Assembly (NCBI GenBank): GCA_038143065.1 | Contig: JAYQLI010000035.1 | Location: forward strand, 1,632,894-1,696,893 | Length of the DNA stretch: 64,000 nt | Direction: 5' to 3' | Source: Rhodospirillales bacterium | GTDB taxonomy: Bacteria > Pseudomonadota > Alphaproteobacteria > Bin95 | Part shown: in pieces, positions 11,914 through 22,625 of the stretch | How the letters are laid out: each line of letters starts with the position of its first letter | Position numbering within the stretch: position 1 is the first letter of the stretch | Translations under genes and position numbers: made by a program | Notes under the pieces: generated by a model | The model's input: only the letters and a program-made list of their open reading frames with translations | Database searches by the model: none | What the model was told of the DNA's origin: nothing

Positions 11914-13521
11914 ATGGCGGTCTTAGAGACAAGTATTAACCCCGTTCAAAAGCATTTCGCCAAAATGCCAATGAAATGGCTATCCTTGTAGAAGATCTGC
12001 GCAGCAAAGTGGCGAATGTTTCGGCAGGCGGCGGCGAAAAAGCAATGCAGCGACACCTTGAAAGAGGCAAGCTGGCACCCAGGGAGCGAGTACGTAGGCT
12101 CACAGATCCGGGTTCTGCGTTTTTAGAATTTTCTCAACTTGCAGCAGATGGGATGTACAATGGAGAGGCACCGGGTGCGGGAATAATTACAGGCATTGGC
12201 CGAATTATGGGTCGAGAATGCGTCGTTATTTGTAATGATGCGACCGTCAAAGGTGGCACCTACTACGCTATGACCGTTAAAAAACACTTGCGCGCCCAAG
12301 AAATTGCAATCGAAAACCACCTGCCATGTGTTTACCTTGTGGACAGTGGCGGTGCTAATCTACCCGAGCAAGATGAAGTTTTTCCTGACCGCTTTCACTT
12401 TGGTCGCAGCTTCAGAAATCAGGCAGTTATGTCCTCGAAGGGTATACCACAAATAGCTTGCGTAATGGGCTCTTGCACTGCGGGTGGTGCGTATGTGCCA
12501 GCCATGTGCGATGAATCTGTGATTGTTCGTAATCAGGGCACCATCTTCTTAGGGGGGCCTCCTCTCGTGAAGGCTGCAACCGGTGAAGTCGTTACAGCAG
12601 AGGACCTTGGAGGGGCAGATGTGCATGCACGCCGTTCAGGCGTTGTAGATCATTACGCTGCCAATGATGATCATGCTCTAGCAATTGTCAGACGGATCAT
12701 TTCAAACCTCAACCTCCTCAAACCCAGTGGGCCGGAAATTAAAGCTGCAAGAGAACCGCTTTATTCTCCATCAGAACTTTCTGGAGTTGTACCGACAGAT
12801 CTTCGCCAGCCCTACGACCCAAGAGAGGTAATTGCGCGTCTAGTCGATGGCAGTGAGTTTGACGAATTTAAAGCCCTGTACGGCACAACGCTTGTGACCG
12901 GCTTTGCTCGTCTATACGGCATTCCTGTCGGAATTGTTGCAAACAATGGTATACTTTTTTCAGAGAGCGCACTTAAAGGCGCACATTTTATTGAACTTTG
13001 TGGGCAGCGAGGCATCCCTCTAATTTTCTTACAAAACATCACAGGCTTCATGGTAGGTCAAAAATATGAAGCTGGCGGTATAGCGAAAGACGGCGCGAAA
13101 ATGGTCACCGCAGTGGCTACAGCGAATGTTCCAAAACTTACAATAATAATGGGTGGAAGTTTTGGGGCTGGCAATTACGCCATGTGCGGACGATCCTACG
13201 ATCCACGGTTCTTATTTATGTGGCCTAATGCGCGCATTTCAGTGATGGGTGGAGAGCAAGCTGCGAGTGTTTTAGCAACTGTCCGCCGCGATGGTTTAGA
13301 ACGACGTGGTGAGGAGTGGTCCGCAGAAGAAGAAGAGGCTTTTTAAAGCACCTGTCCGCCAGCAGTATGAAGATCAAGGACATCCTTATTACGCTTCTGC
13401 GCGGATATGGGATGATGGGATCATAGACCCTGCTGATAGCCGAAGGGTGCTAGGCCTAGCCCTTTCCGCTGCTCTTAATGCACCTATCGGGGAAACCCGA
13501 TTTGGTGTCTTCCGGATGTAA
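11914..13521 (+). CDS. liuB: 3-methylcrotonyl-CoA carboxylase, carboxyltransferase (beta) subunit; frameshifts near 11940 and 13342
   Basis: [46 protein letters not shown]-terminal FGVFRM. Confidence 0.92.
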
Positions 13522-13525
13522 TACG

Positions 13526-15513
13526 ATGATAAAGCGCCTTTTAATCGCCAACCGAGGCGAAATTGCCTGCCGCATAATTCGAACTTCCCGTGCAATGGGC
13601 ATTCAAACCATAGCCGTCTATTCTGAAGCTGATGCCAATGCCATGCATGTGAAGATGGCAGATACAGCACGTTTAATTGGCCCTGCAAGCGCATCTCATA
13701 GCTACCTTGTCATCGAAAAAATAATAGAGGCCGCTAAAGCAGAACAAGCTGACGCCATCCATCCTGGATATGGTTTTCTTTCAGAACGTGCTGCCTTTGC
13801 AGAAGCATGCGCAGCAGCCGGGCTCATTTTTGTTGGCCCGTCATCGGAAGCAATTCGCGCCATGGGTGATAAGGCACGAGCAAAGGCATTAATGGGAAAA
13901 GCAGGCGTGCCGCTTACGCCTGGTTACCACGGAGAAGATCAGGCTGATGAAACGCTTGAAATAGAGGCTCAGAAAATTGGCTTTCCAGTTTTGGTAAAAG
14001 CATCCGCCGGTGGAGGAGGCCGAGGGATGCGCATTGTCAAAAATTCAGAAGACCTCATGCCTGCAATTGATGCCGCAAGACGTGAAGCGACAGCTGCATT
14101 TGGTGATGGCACATTACTATTGGAACGTTATTTAGGCCGCCCACGCCACGTAGAAGTGCAAATTATGGCAGATAAGCATGGGAATGTACTTCATATGCAT
14201 GAGCGTGATTGCTCAATTCAACGACGCCATCAAAAAGTAATTGAGGAAGCGCCTGCCCCCAACCTTTCCAACGAAACTCGTAAACAATTGACGGATGCAG
14301 CGGTAGCGGCCGCAAAAGCGATTAATTACGTGGGGGCTGGAACGTGCGAATTTCTTGTCGACGAGGATGGTAGCCCTTACTTCATCGAAATGAATACAAG
14401 GATCCAAGTAGAACACCCAGTGACAGAGATGATTACTGGTCTTGACTTGATTGAGCTTCAACTTCGTGTCGCATCAGGAGAAAAACTCCCCTAAAACAAG
14501 AGGAGGTTCCTTGTTCTGGGTCAGCGATAGAGGCTCGATTATATGCGGAAGATCCAGAACGCGGCTTCCTTCCACAGACAGGAAGACTTGACGCCTTTAA
14601 AGTTCCAGAAATGCAAGAACGGGTACGGGTTGATACTGGGGTAGAGGCTGGTGACGTCATAACCGTTAATTATGACCCTATGATTGCAAAAGTGATTGCC
14701 TGGGGAGAAACAAGGGAGTTAGCTGCAACGAAACTAGCCGAAGCCCTTGCAAAAACAGAATTATCCGGCGTTTCCACTAATATCGATTTCTTAACTAAAA
14801 CGATAAGCCACCCTGCTTTTAGAGAGGCCGATCTCGACACACATTTTATCGACCGGCACGAGCCAGATTTGATTGGTAGCTCAGGCTCCGCACCAATTGA
14901 TGTCTTGGGAGCAGCTTTGGCACTGATGCTTGAAGAGCAACAAGAAAAAGCACGCGCGATCTCTGTCCCAGGACCGTGGGCCGAGAATGACGGCTTTAGA
15001 ATGAACCAGGACTTGGAGGAATTATTCCAATTCCGCAGCGGCGAAGAAGTTTTAAATTTGGCGATCGCGTGGAGGCAGGCAGGTCACGCTTTAATAGCAG
15101 ACACAGGCGAGGTGCCATTTTCCTACATGAAGCCCAAGAACGGTCAGGGAACATGGTTTGTCATTTGCGGCGAGCGCAGCTTCCAAGCTTATGTATCTCG
15201 GGCTGGGAACACCATAGTCGTGGGATTAGACGGACAGCGATGGTGCATCGAACCTTTAACCTTTGGCGCCATTAACAATATCGATGCAGGCGCAGGCTCT
15301 CTCTCAGCGCCTATGCCAGGTAAAATTGTACGGGTACATGTGACGGCCGGCACAAAAGTTAGGAAAGGTGATCCCCTAGTCGCTCTAGAAGCTATGAAGA
15401 TGGAGCATGTAATAACTGCTCCCAGTGTTGGCATTGTCAGCAACGTGAAATGTGCGATTGGCGATCAAGTAGAGGAAGGTGTAGAACTTGTTGCCTTTGA
15501 GGCTGAAGCATGA
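13526..15513 (+). CDS. liuD: 3-methylcrotonyl-CoA carboxylase, biotin carboxylase/BCCP (alpha) subunit; frameshift near 14490
   Basis: LIANRGEIA, HPGYGFLSE, ERDCSIQRRHQK, EMNTRIQVEHPVTE, YDPMIAK, biotinylation motif EAMKME. Confidence 0.92.
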
Positions 15514-16090
15514 CTAGACGACTAATTGTCGGGATCTCAGGCGCCTCTGGCGTCATATACGGCGTAAAATTACTTGAACTACTAAAGACTACTGATGTCG
15601 AAACTCATTTGGTGATGACTAAGTCGGCTGAGATCACACTTGCCTATGAAATGGATATGAAGGTTTCCAAGGTGAAGGCATTAGCTACTAAGGTCTACGG
15701 TCCAGATGACATAGCTGCAGCCATCTCATCAGGCTCATTTAAAACAGAAGGAATGGTTGTGGCTCCGTGCTCTATCCGCAGCCTCTCAGAAATTGCTTAC
15801 GGTCAAACAACAAGTCTTCTCACTCGTGCCGCTGACGTTGCTCTAAAAGAAAGAAGGCGAGTTGTTCTCCTTTTACGTGAAACCCCGCTTCATCTGGGAC
15901 ACATAAAAAGCATGGCGGCGGCAACCGAAGCTGGGGCAATCGTTATGCCCCTGTTCCAGCCTTCTACGCGCGTCCTAAAAATATTGACGAAATGGTTGAG
16001 CACACCGTTGGACGATCACTCGATCTCTTTGGAATTGAGACTGGCAGCGTCCGTCGTTGGGGAGAGGACGTCGGCAAAGGCGCCGGATAA
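15510..16090 (+). CDS. ubiX: UbiX family flavin prenyltransferase; frameshift near 15948
   Basis: VGISGASG, ISSGSF, VAPCS, RAADVALKERR, RETPL; alternate frame continues PPVPAFYARP...RRWGE to TAA at 16090; ATGA overlap with liuD. Confidence 0.92.
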
Positions 16091-16153
16091 GTACTTCTCG
16101 TTGTCCATGTGTTTCGATTATGCTGAAACGCAGCACATGGGAGCAAATAGCTT

Positions 16154-17869
16154 ATGCAATTTGACTACATAATCGTTGGGGGTGGATCTGCAGGTTCAAC
16201 ACTAGCAAATCGGCTCTCCGCCCGAAGCAACATTAAGGTTTTGTTACTGGAGGCAGGTGAGGACACTCCTCCAGGAGCAGAACCAGAAGAAATTTTGGAT
16301 AGCTACCCAGGCCGCGCCTATCTGAACAGCCGGTTCATTTGGAATGACCTACAGGTTACGACCGAAAATATTGCGCACAACCAACCTGACGCGCCAAAGC
16401 CACCTCTAAGAAAATATGAGCAAGCGCGCGTTCTTGGAGGAGGCTCTGCAATCAATGGCCAAATGGCGAATAGAGGGGCACCATCAGACTACAACGAATG
16501 GGAGGCCCGCGGCGCAAAAGGCTGGAATTGGGATTCCGTGCTGCCATTTTTCAAAAAAATCGAACACGATCTTGATTTTGATAATGAATGGCATGGTCAA
16601 GATGGCCATATTCCCGTTCGCCGCATCCCAGAAAACCAATGGAGCGGGCACGGGAAAGCCGTAGCTGCGGCATTTGCTGCCGCCGGATATGATTACCTTC
16701 CTGACCAAAATGGTGAGTTTAGGGATGGCTATTTTCCAATCACTATCTCCAATGCCAATGAAAAACGCGTTTCAGCAGCAATAGGGTATTTAAGTGCTGA
16801 TGTGCGAAAACGACCTAATTTAGAAATCTTCACGCGCACATCCGTTACCCAGCTACTATTCGAAGGACGGCGGTGTGTTGGTGTCTCTGCAATAGTAGAG
16901 GGAAAACAGCAGGAATTCCGTGGACGAGAGGTTATCTTGTCTTCTGGCGCCATTCACTCGCCCTCTCATCTGATGCGGGCGGGTATTGGCCCTGCGGGAC
17001 ATCTGAGAGATCTGGGAATTGAAGTGCTGCAACCGCTGGAAGGAGTAGGCAATCAATTAATGGATCACCCATCGGTTGCCTTAGCCGCCTTCATCAAACC
17101 TAATGCGCGTCGCATCAAGGGCGTAAATGCTACAGGCAGGCATTTACTAGTTGGGCTGCGCTATACTTCTTCGCTTCCTGATGTTCCACAAGGCGATATG
17201 TTCGTTGCGGTTGCTCATAAATCCGGATGGCATGCAGTCGGCGAACAAATTGCCTCAAAAATTCTCTTTGTTAATAAAACTTACTCAGAGACGGGTTATG
17301 TCCGCCTTAAAAGTAACAATTGGCAAACCGAACCAGATGTAGCCTTCAATCTTCTCTCTGACAGTCGTGCCCTTGAAAGACTTAAAGAGGGCGTTCGAAA
17401 GATGTTTGCCATCTACGCTATGGAAGAATTGAAAGCGGTTACGTCAGATCCATTCCCTGCAAGTTGGGGTGACAAGGTTCGTCAAATTAGTGCCGTAACG
17501 ACCAAGAATAAATTCATGACCCGTATTGCCTCTTTGATCATGGATGGCCCTGCCCCACTCCGCCGTTGGTTTCTGCATACCTATGTCATGGAAGGTGTAA
17601 CTATGCAGGATGTTCTTCAAGACGAAGCACAGTTAGAAAATTTCATCAAAACAACGACGGTGGGTGTCTGGCACGCGTCTTGCACATGCCGGATGGGAGA
17701 GGACAGTGACCCCATGGCAGTTACAGACAACGAAGGACGTGTCCGAGGGATTGAAGGGTTGCGCGTATGCGACGCCAGCCTTTTTCCCGTTGTGCCGTGC
17801 GCCAACACCAATTTTCCCACAATCATGACGGCTGAAAAAATTTCAGAGACTATTTTATCAAAAAGATAA
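16154..17869 (+). CDS. GMC family FAD oxidoreductase, HmfH-like
   Basis: GGGSAG, RVLGGGSAING, WHASCTCRMG, GLRVCDAS, ANTNFPT; EAGEDTPP..P.EILDSYP and DQNGEF.DG.FP resemble HmfH as I recall it. Confidence 0.88.
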   Translation: MQFDYIIVGGGSAGSTLANRLSARSNIKVLLLEAGEDTPPGAEPEEILDSYPGRAYLNSRFIWNDLQVTTENIAHNQPDAPKPPLRKYEQARVLGGGSAINGQMANRGAPSDYNEWEARGAKGWNWDSVLPFFKKIEHDLDFDNEWHGQDGHIPVRRIPENQWSGHGKAVAAAFAAAGYDYLPDQNGEFRDGYFPITISNANEKRVSAAIGYLSADVRKRPNLEIFTRTSVTQLLFEGRRCVGVSAIVEGKQQEFRGREVILSSGAIHSPSHLMRAGIGPAGHLRDLGIEVLQPLEGVGNQLMDHPSVALAAFIKPNARRIKGVNATGRHLLVGLRYTSSLPDVPQGDMFVAVAHKSGWHAVGEQIASKILFVNKTYSETGYVRLKSNNWQTEPDVAFNLLSDSRALERLKEGVRKMFAIYAMEELKAVTSDPFPASWGDKVRQISAVTTKNKFMTRIASLIMDGPAPLRRWFLHTYVMEGVTMQDVLQDEAQLENFIKTTTVGVWHASCTCRMGEDSDPMAVTDNEGRVRGIEGLRVCDASLFPVVPCANTNFPTIMTAEKISETILSKR

Positions 17870-17963
17870 ATAGCTTGAATTTCATACTCCGACGATAATT
17901 TCACGTTCAGCGCGCCTGATTGCCTGCAACTGCTGTAATTTATTGGGGTATAGAGCCAGTAAA

Positions 17964-19178
17964 TTATTGCGCTGGGACTAGATCAGGAGCTTTGGCCTCA
18001 CTGATAGGCCAATGAATTATTGCAGCAAAAATTCCTAAAACAGCTCCCATCCACCAAACCACGTCGTAGGACCCAGTGTAATCAAAAACCAGGCCACCAA
18101 GGTAAACCCCCGTAAAAGCGCCTACCTGGTGCCCAAGAAATACGAATCCAAAAAGCATACTCATGTATTGGGTACCAAACATACTTGCTACTACCGCTCC
18201 AGTGAGAGGAACTGTCGAAAGCCAAAAAAGACCCATGAAAGCGCAAAAGGCGTAGATTGTAATCTCACTAACTGGAGCCAACATAAGCCCAGAAATTGCA
18301 AAGAAGCGACCAATATAAATAAAAGTTAGCAATCTGGGCTTGTCTGTCTTTCCACCTAGAACTCCTGCCAGATAGGCTCCCAATATATTCACCACGCCTA
18401 CTAACATCAGAGCGTGCGCTCCAGTTCCTTCACGCAACCCTAAATCACTTACATATGCAGGAAGGTGAGTGCCGATAAACGACACGTGAAAACCACAAAC
18501 AAAGAAACCAATGATTAACAACACATAAGACCGGTGGCGAAAAGCCTGTTTTAACGCCTGACGAACGGTCAAGTTTGCGACCGCAGCAATCGTTAGACTG
18601 TCCTGGCGCCTACCACTCAATGGGACAGCTGCCAACAGAACTACTGAAGTCAAAAGGCCCAACATAAGGTATCCCCCCGACCAGCCAAACGTTTCAAGAA
18701 AAAATTGGGCCACCGGAAGAATTAGCAGCATTCCAGCAGAACCTCCCATAACAGCAACGCCCAATGCCCAACTACGTCTTTCCTCCGGCACCAGTTGAGC
18801 AACTGCGCCCATGGCAATAGCTTGTCCACATCCCGCTTGCGCCATACCAACCATCAATCCTGCCGTCAGCGTAAAGCTCACTGGGTCGGAACTTAATGAC
18901 ATCAATATTAGGCCCAATGCATAAAGCAAAGCACCTCCTACAATTACGCGGGAAGGACCAAACTTGTCCGCTAAGCCACCAAAAATTGGAGCAAATACTC
19001 CAACCATCAATGCTTGAACCGCTATTGCAAGGCCAAATTCTGCCCTACCCCAACCCACGTCTGACAACATCGGAACTTGATAAAGCGGTATCGAAACGCG
19101 AATACCGTTTGCGATCAAAACTGCAAGAGCGGCGGCACCTACAACCACCAAAATAGGCCAGCCATTTGTGCACTTCAT
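17964..19178 (-). CDS. MFS transporter
   Basis: About 12 hydrophobic segments, GGLADKFG, GFFVCGFH, WLSTVPLT, HQVGAF.G motifs. Confidence 0.88.
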   Translation of the reverse strand: MKCTNGWPILVVVGAAALAVLIANGIRVSIPLYQVPMLSDVGWGRAEFGLAIAVQALMVGVFAPIFGGLADKFGPSRVIVGGALLYALGLILMSLSSDPVSFTLTAGLMVGMAQAGCGQAIAMGAVAQLVPEERRSWALGVAVMGGSAGMLLILPVAQFFLETFGWSGGYLMLGLLTSVVLLAAVPLSGRRQDSLTIAAVANLTVRQALKQAFRHRSYVLLIIGFFVCGFHVSFIGTHLPAYVSDLGLREGTGAHALMLVGVVNILGAYLAGVLGGKTDKPRLLTFIYIGRFFAISGLMLAPVSEITIYAFCAFMGLFWLSTVPLTGAVVASMFGTQYMSMLFGFVFLGHQVGAFTGVYLGGLVFDYTGSYDVVWWMGAVLGIFAAIIHWPISEAKAPDLVPAQ

Positions 19179-19288
19179 TTTTGCCTCGCAAAGCTAATAT
19201 TAATCCAGGAAACGATGAGAAAAGTTTTCAGTTATCAAGTGTAATGCTAAAAAACTCTCTACAACAGGTGATTAGAGACAAGTGTATT

Positions 19289-19967
19289 TTATTCAGAGTA
19301 AATCATTTTCCTAGACATACCGCCATCGACTACAATGGTCTCGCCAGTCACAAAATCAGCACCAGCGAGATATAGAACAGAATTAGCTATATCAGCCACC
19401 TGCCCTACACGACCAACTGGATGCTGCTCATGGTCCGCTTGTATCAACCCTTCAGCGTCTGAGATCCAACCTGGAGCAATAGCGTTACATCGAATTTGAG
19501 GCCCCAGGCTGATAGCAAGGGCATGAGTTAAAGCAACAAGCCCTCCTTTGGCTGCCGCGTAGGCTTCTGTATTAGCTTCGGACATAAACGCCCTGGTAGA
19601 TGTAATATTTATGATAGAACTATTTTCATTCATTAGTGGCACAGCAGCACGGGTCATCAGAAACGCACCTGTCAGATGGCTATCGATAAAACTCTGCCAA
19701 TCTGAAAGAGCAAGATCCTCAATAGGCCCCATATGAGCGCCTTTGCGCCCTGCGCAATTCACTAAAAGATCCAGACTATCCCAACTAAGCCTCTCAAATG
19801 CAGATCTAACTGAGACTTCATCAGCTACATCACAAGCTATAGAAGACTGTTCATGAGACTTAGAGTTCAGGTCAAATGCACACACCCGCCAACCAGACTT
19901 GGCGTAATACATTAACGATCCCACTGCCAATAAGACCCTCGCCACCAGTTACTATGGCGCGCTTCAA
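19289..19967 (-). CDS. Short-chain dehydrogenase/reductase; frameshift near 19905
   Basis: TTG start overlapping upstream stop gives MKRAIVTGGEGLIG (Rossmann); YAAAKGG, NAIAPGWI, VDGG. Confidence 0.85.
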
Positions 19968-20415
19968 GAGTAGTAAATCACGACGGTCTCTGCGACCATT
20001 GCAGGACGATCTTGTCCTTCAATTTCAATTACACTCTCCGCTATTATTCGTACCCCATTGTTCGGCATATCGTCGGCCGCCTGAAGACTTTGACGCAATC
20101 GAACGCGTGAACCTGCGGGAACCATGTTAGTGAATCTCACCTTGTTACAACCGTAGTTTATGGCGTTCGTCATTTTTTCCACTGTAAAAACTGGCAGACC
20201 AGCAACCATCGACAAGGTTAAAAATCCATGAGCAATTGTTGACTTGGTAGGCAATTCCTTTTGTGCCCTTGCCTCATCGAGGTGGATCCATTGAAAGTCC
20301 CCGTAGCCTCAGCAAATGTATTGATACGTTCTTGGGTGACATCGACCCAGTCACTTACACCCAATTCTTGACCAATAAGGTCTTTAAATTCAGCTGGATG
20401 GGAAATAACGCGCAT
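19964..20415 (-). CDS. MaoC family dehydratase; frameshift near 20300
   Basis: GVSDW..VTQERI..FAEATG(D.QWIH.D), TIAHGFLTLS, NYGCNKVRF. Confidence 0.88.
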
Positions 20416-20456
20416 AGGTCCTCCAATTCGGTGGTAAATTTCTAATAAGCTCGAAC

Positions 20457-21629
20457 CTACTTGTAAGGATCCGCCGCATCACGCAGCCCATCACCAAGAA
20501 AGTTGAAAGCTAAAATTGTTAAAATCACGGGAACAACAGGAAGCATAAGCCACGGATACAGCGCAACTACATTAATATTCTGAGCTTCTGCCAAAAGCAC
20601 GCCCCAGGACGTAATCGGAGGCCGAAGACCAAGACCCAAAAATGAGAGGGCCGTCTCACCTAAAATCATACTCGGCACCGAAAGAGTGGCAGATGCGATC
20701 AAATGGCTAGAGAAACTTGGAAGCAGATGCCTCCCAATCACACGACTAGGTGAAGCCCCCATAAGTTGTGCTGCTTGGCAAAAATCTTCTTCACGAAGCG
20801 CTAAAAGTTTTGACCTAACAGCACGAGCTAAGCCCGTCCAATCTAAAAGCCCTAAAATAATAGTGATACCAAAATAAATCAGAATAGGAGACCAGGTGAT
20901 TGGTAGCGCTGCAGATAAGGCCATCCATAAGGGCAATTCGGGAAATGACCTCACCACCTCAATCATCCGCTGTACTGAGCTATCAACCCATCCACCGTAA
21001 TAGCCAGCTAAACCTCCCAACGTTATGCCTATTGCAAAGCTAATAATAATGCCGAAGAGACCAACTGTTAGAGAAATACGAGCTCCATAAACAATGCGAC
21101 TAAAAACATCGCGCCCCAAGCGGTCTGTACCAAGGAGAAATAAATTTCCATCTTTTGCTGGGCAAACAAAGTGAAACGAAGCTTTAAAAAGACCAAAATA
21201 ACTGTATTCGTCGCCCGAGCAAAAAAAACGGATTGGCTGTGGCCGAGATTTATCCTCAGAATAAATCCGCTGCATTTTTTTTAGATCAAGCTCTTTATTG
21301 TAGGCGTAAACAAAGGGGCCCAAGAATTCCCCTTCATGGAAAAAATGTATCTCCTGTGGTGGAGCGAACAACGCTTGGGTATTTCTGGTTTCCAGTGCGT
21401 ATGGCGCAACAGTCTCCGCAATAACAGCCATAAAATACATCAGCAGCAGAAATACTCCTGAAACTACTGCTAATTTATGACGCTTAAGCTTCCACCATAT
21501 GAGTTGCCATTGCGTTGCAAGATAATATCGTTCCTGCTCCGGCGTCAGTGCTTCAACTGAGTAGGGATCAAAGGGTTCTTTTGAGACATAATGCTCAAGC
21601 CGGTCTGCTGAGGTAGGAACTTTAGTCAT
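20457..21629 (-). CDS. Opp/Dpp-type ABC transporter permease (OppC-like)
   Basis: LGTDRLGRD, EDFCQAAQLMGAS (EAA loop), ETALSFLGLG, GDGLRDAADP. Confidence 0.92.
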   Translation of the reverse strand: MTKVPTSADRLEHYVSKEPFDPYSVEALTPEQERYYLATQWQLIWWKLKRHKLAVVSGVFLLLMYFMAVIAETVAPYALETRNTQALFAPPQEIHFFHEGEFLGPFVYAYNKELDLKKMQRIYSEDKSRPQPIRFFCSGDEYSYFGLFKASFHFVCPAKDGNLFLLGTDRLGRDVFSRIVYGARISLTVGLFGIIISFAIGITLGGLAGYYGGWVDSSVQRMIEVVRSFPELPLWMALSAALPITWSPILIYFGITIILGLLDWTGLARAVRSKLLALREEDFCQAAQLMGASPSRVIGRHLLPSFSSHLIASATLSVPSMILGETALSFLGLGLRPPITSWGVLLAEAQNINVVALYPWLMLPVVPVILTILAFNFLGDGLRDAADPYK

Positions 21630-22624
21630 TTGTCGTTCCCAGCACCTAGCCTGATGCGCGGATCAAGGGCTGCCAAGGCAATATCAGAGATTAAAACTCC
21701 AACTACCGTAAGCATTGCCAGAAACATGAGAAAGGAGCCAGCAAGGTACATGTCTTGACTTTGCAGTGCCTCAATTAGCATTGGCCCAGTTGTTGGTAAG
21801 GAAAGTACCATTGAAACGACGGCTGCACCGGACACTACTTGTGGTAGGAGATTGCCAATATCTGCAATAAATGGGTTCAAGGCCATTCTAAGGGGATATT
21901 TAATAAGGGCGCGCGTTGGCGTTAAACCCTTCGCGCGAGCAGTTGTCACATACTGCTTTTGAAGTTCGTCTAATAGATTTGCCCGCAGGCGACGGATCAT
22001 ACCTGCCGTACCTGAAGTACCGATTACAATGACTGGAACCCATAAGTGCTCTAGCACTGAAATAAATTTTCCATAACTTAAAGGCTGATCGATATACTGA
22101 GGGTCCATCAAACCGCCAATGGATATGCCAAAGTGGGCCTTTGCCAAATACATCATGACCAGAGCAAGTAAAAAGTTTGGCGTAGCTAATCCCAAAAAAC
22201 CAATAAAAGTTAGGGCATGGTCTCCAGGACTGTATTGATTGACCGCAGAATAAACCCCAATGGGGAACGCCATTGCCCAAGTAAATATTATTGTAGCAAA
22301 AGATAACACAAAGGATAAAAACAGCCGGTCGCCAACTACCTCTGAAACCGGGAGATCGTATTCAAAAGAATACCCAAAGTCGCCTTGCAGCATGCCCAAA
22401 AGCCAAACGCCATATTGCTCCCAGAGTGGCTTATTAAGACCATACTGCTCTCGCAAAAATTCAATTTTTGCTATGTTAGTGTCTTGGCCCTGCGCTTGAA
22501 GTTCTGCAATCTGGGTTGTCAAAAAATCACCCGGAGGAAGTTGGATGATGACAAAAACGAGCACGCTTATTGCGAGAAGCGTCGGGATCATAACCATCAA
22601 TCGGTAAGCTATATATTTCAGCAT
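21626..22624 (-). CDS. Opp/Dpp-type ABC transporter permease (OppB-like)
   Basis: LPPGD, GDFGYS, YVTTARAKGL, LDPRIR. Confidence 0.92.
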   Translation of the reverse strand: MLKYIAYRLMVMIPTLLAISVLVFVIIQLPPGDFLTTQIAELQAQGQDTNIAKIEFLREQYGLNKPLWEQYGVWLLGMLQGDFGYSFEYDLPVSEVVGDRLFLSFVLSFATIIFTWAMAFPIGVYSAVNQYSPGDHALTFIGFLGLATPNFLLALVMMYLAKAHFGISIGGLMDPQYIDQPLSYGKFISVLEHLWVPVIVIGTSGTAGMIRRLRANLLDELQKQYVTTARAKGLTPTRALIKYPLRMALNPFIADIGNLLPQVVSGAAVVSMVLSLPTTGPMLIEALQSQDMYLAGSFLMFLAMLTVVGVLISDIALAALDPRIRLGAGNDK

Positions 22625-22625
22625 A

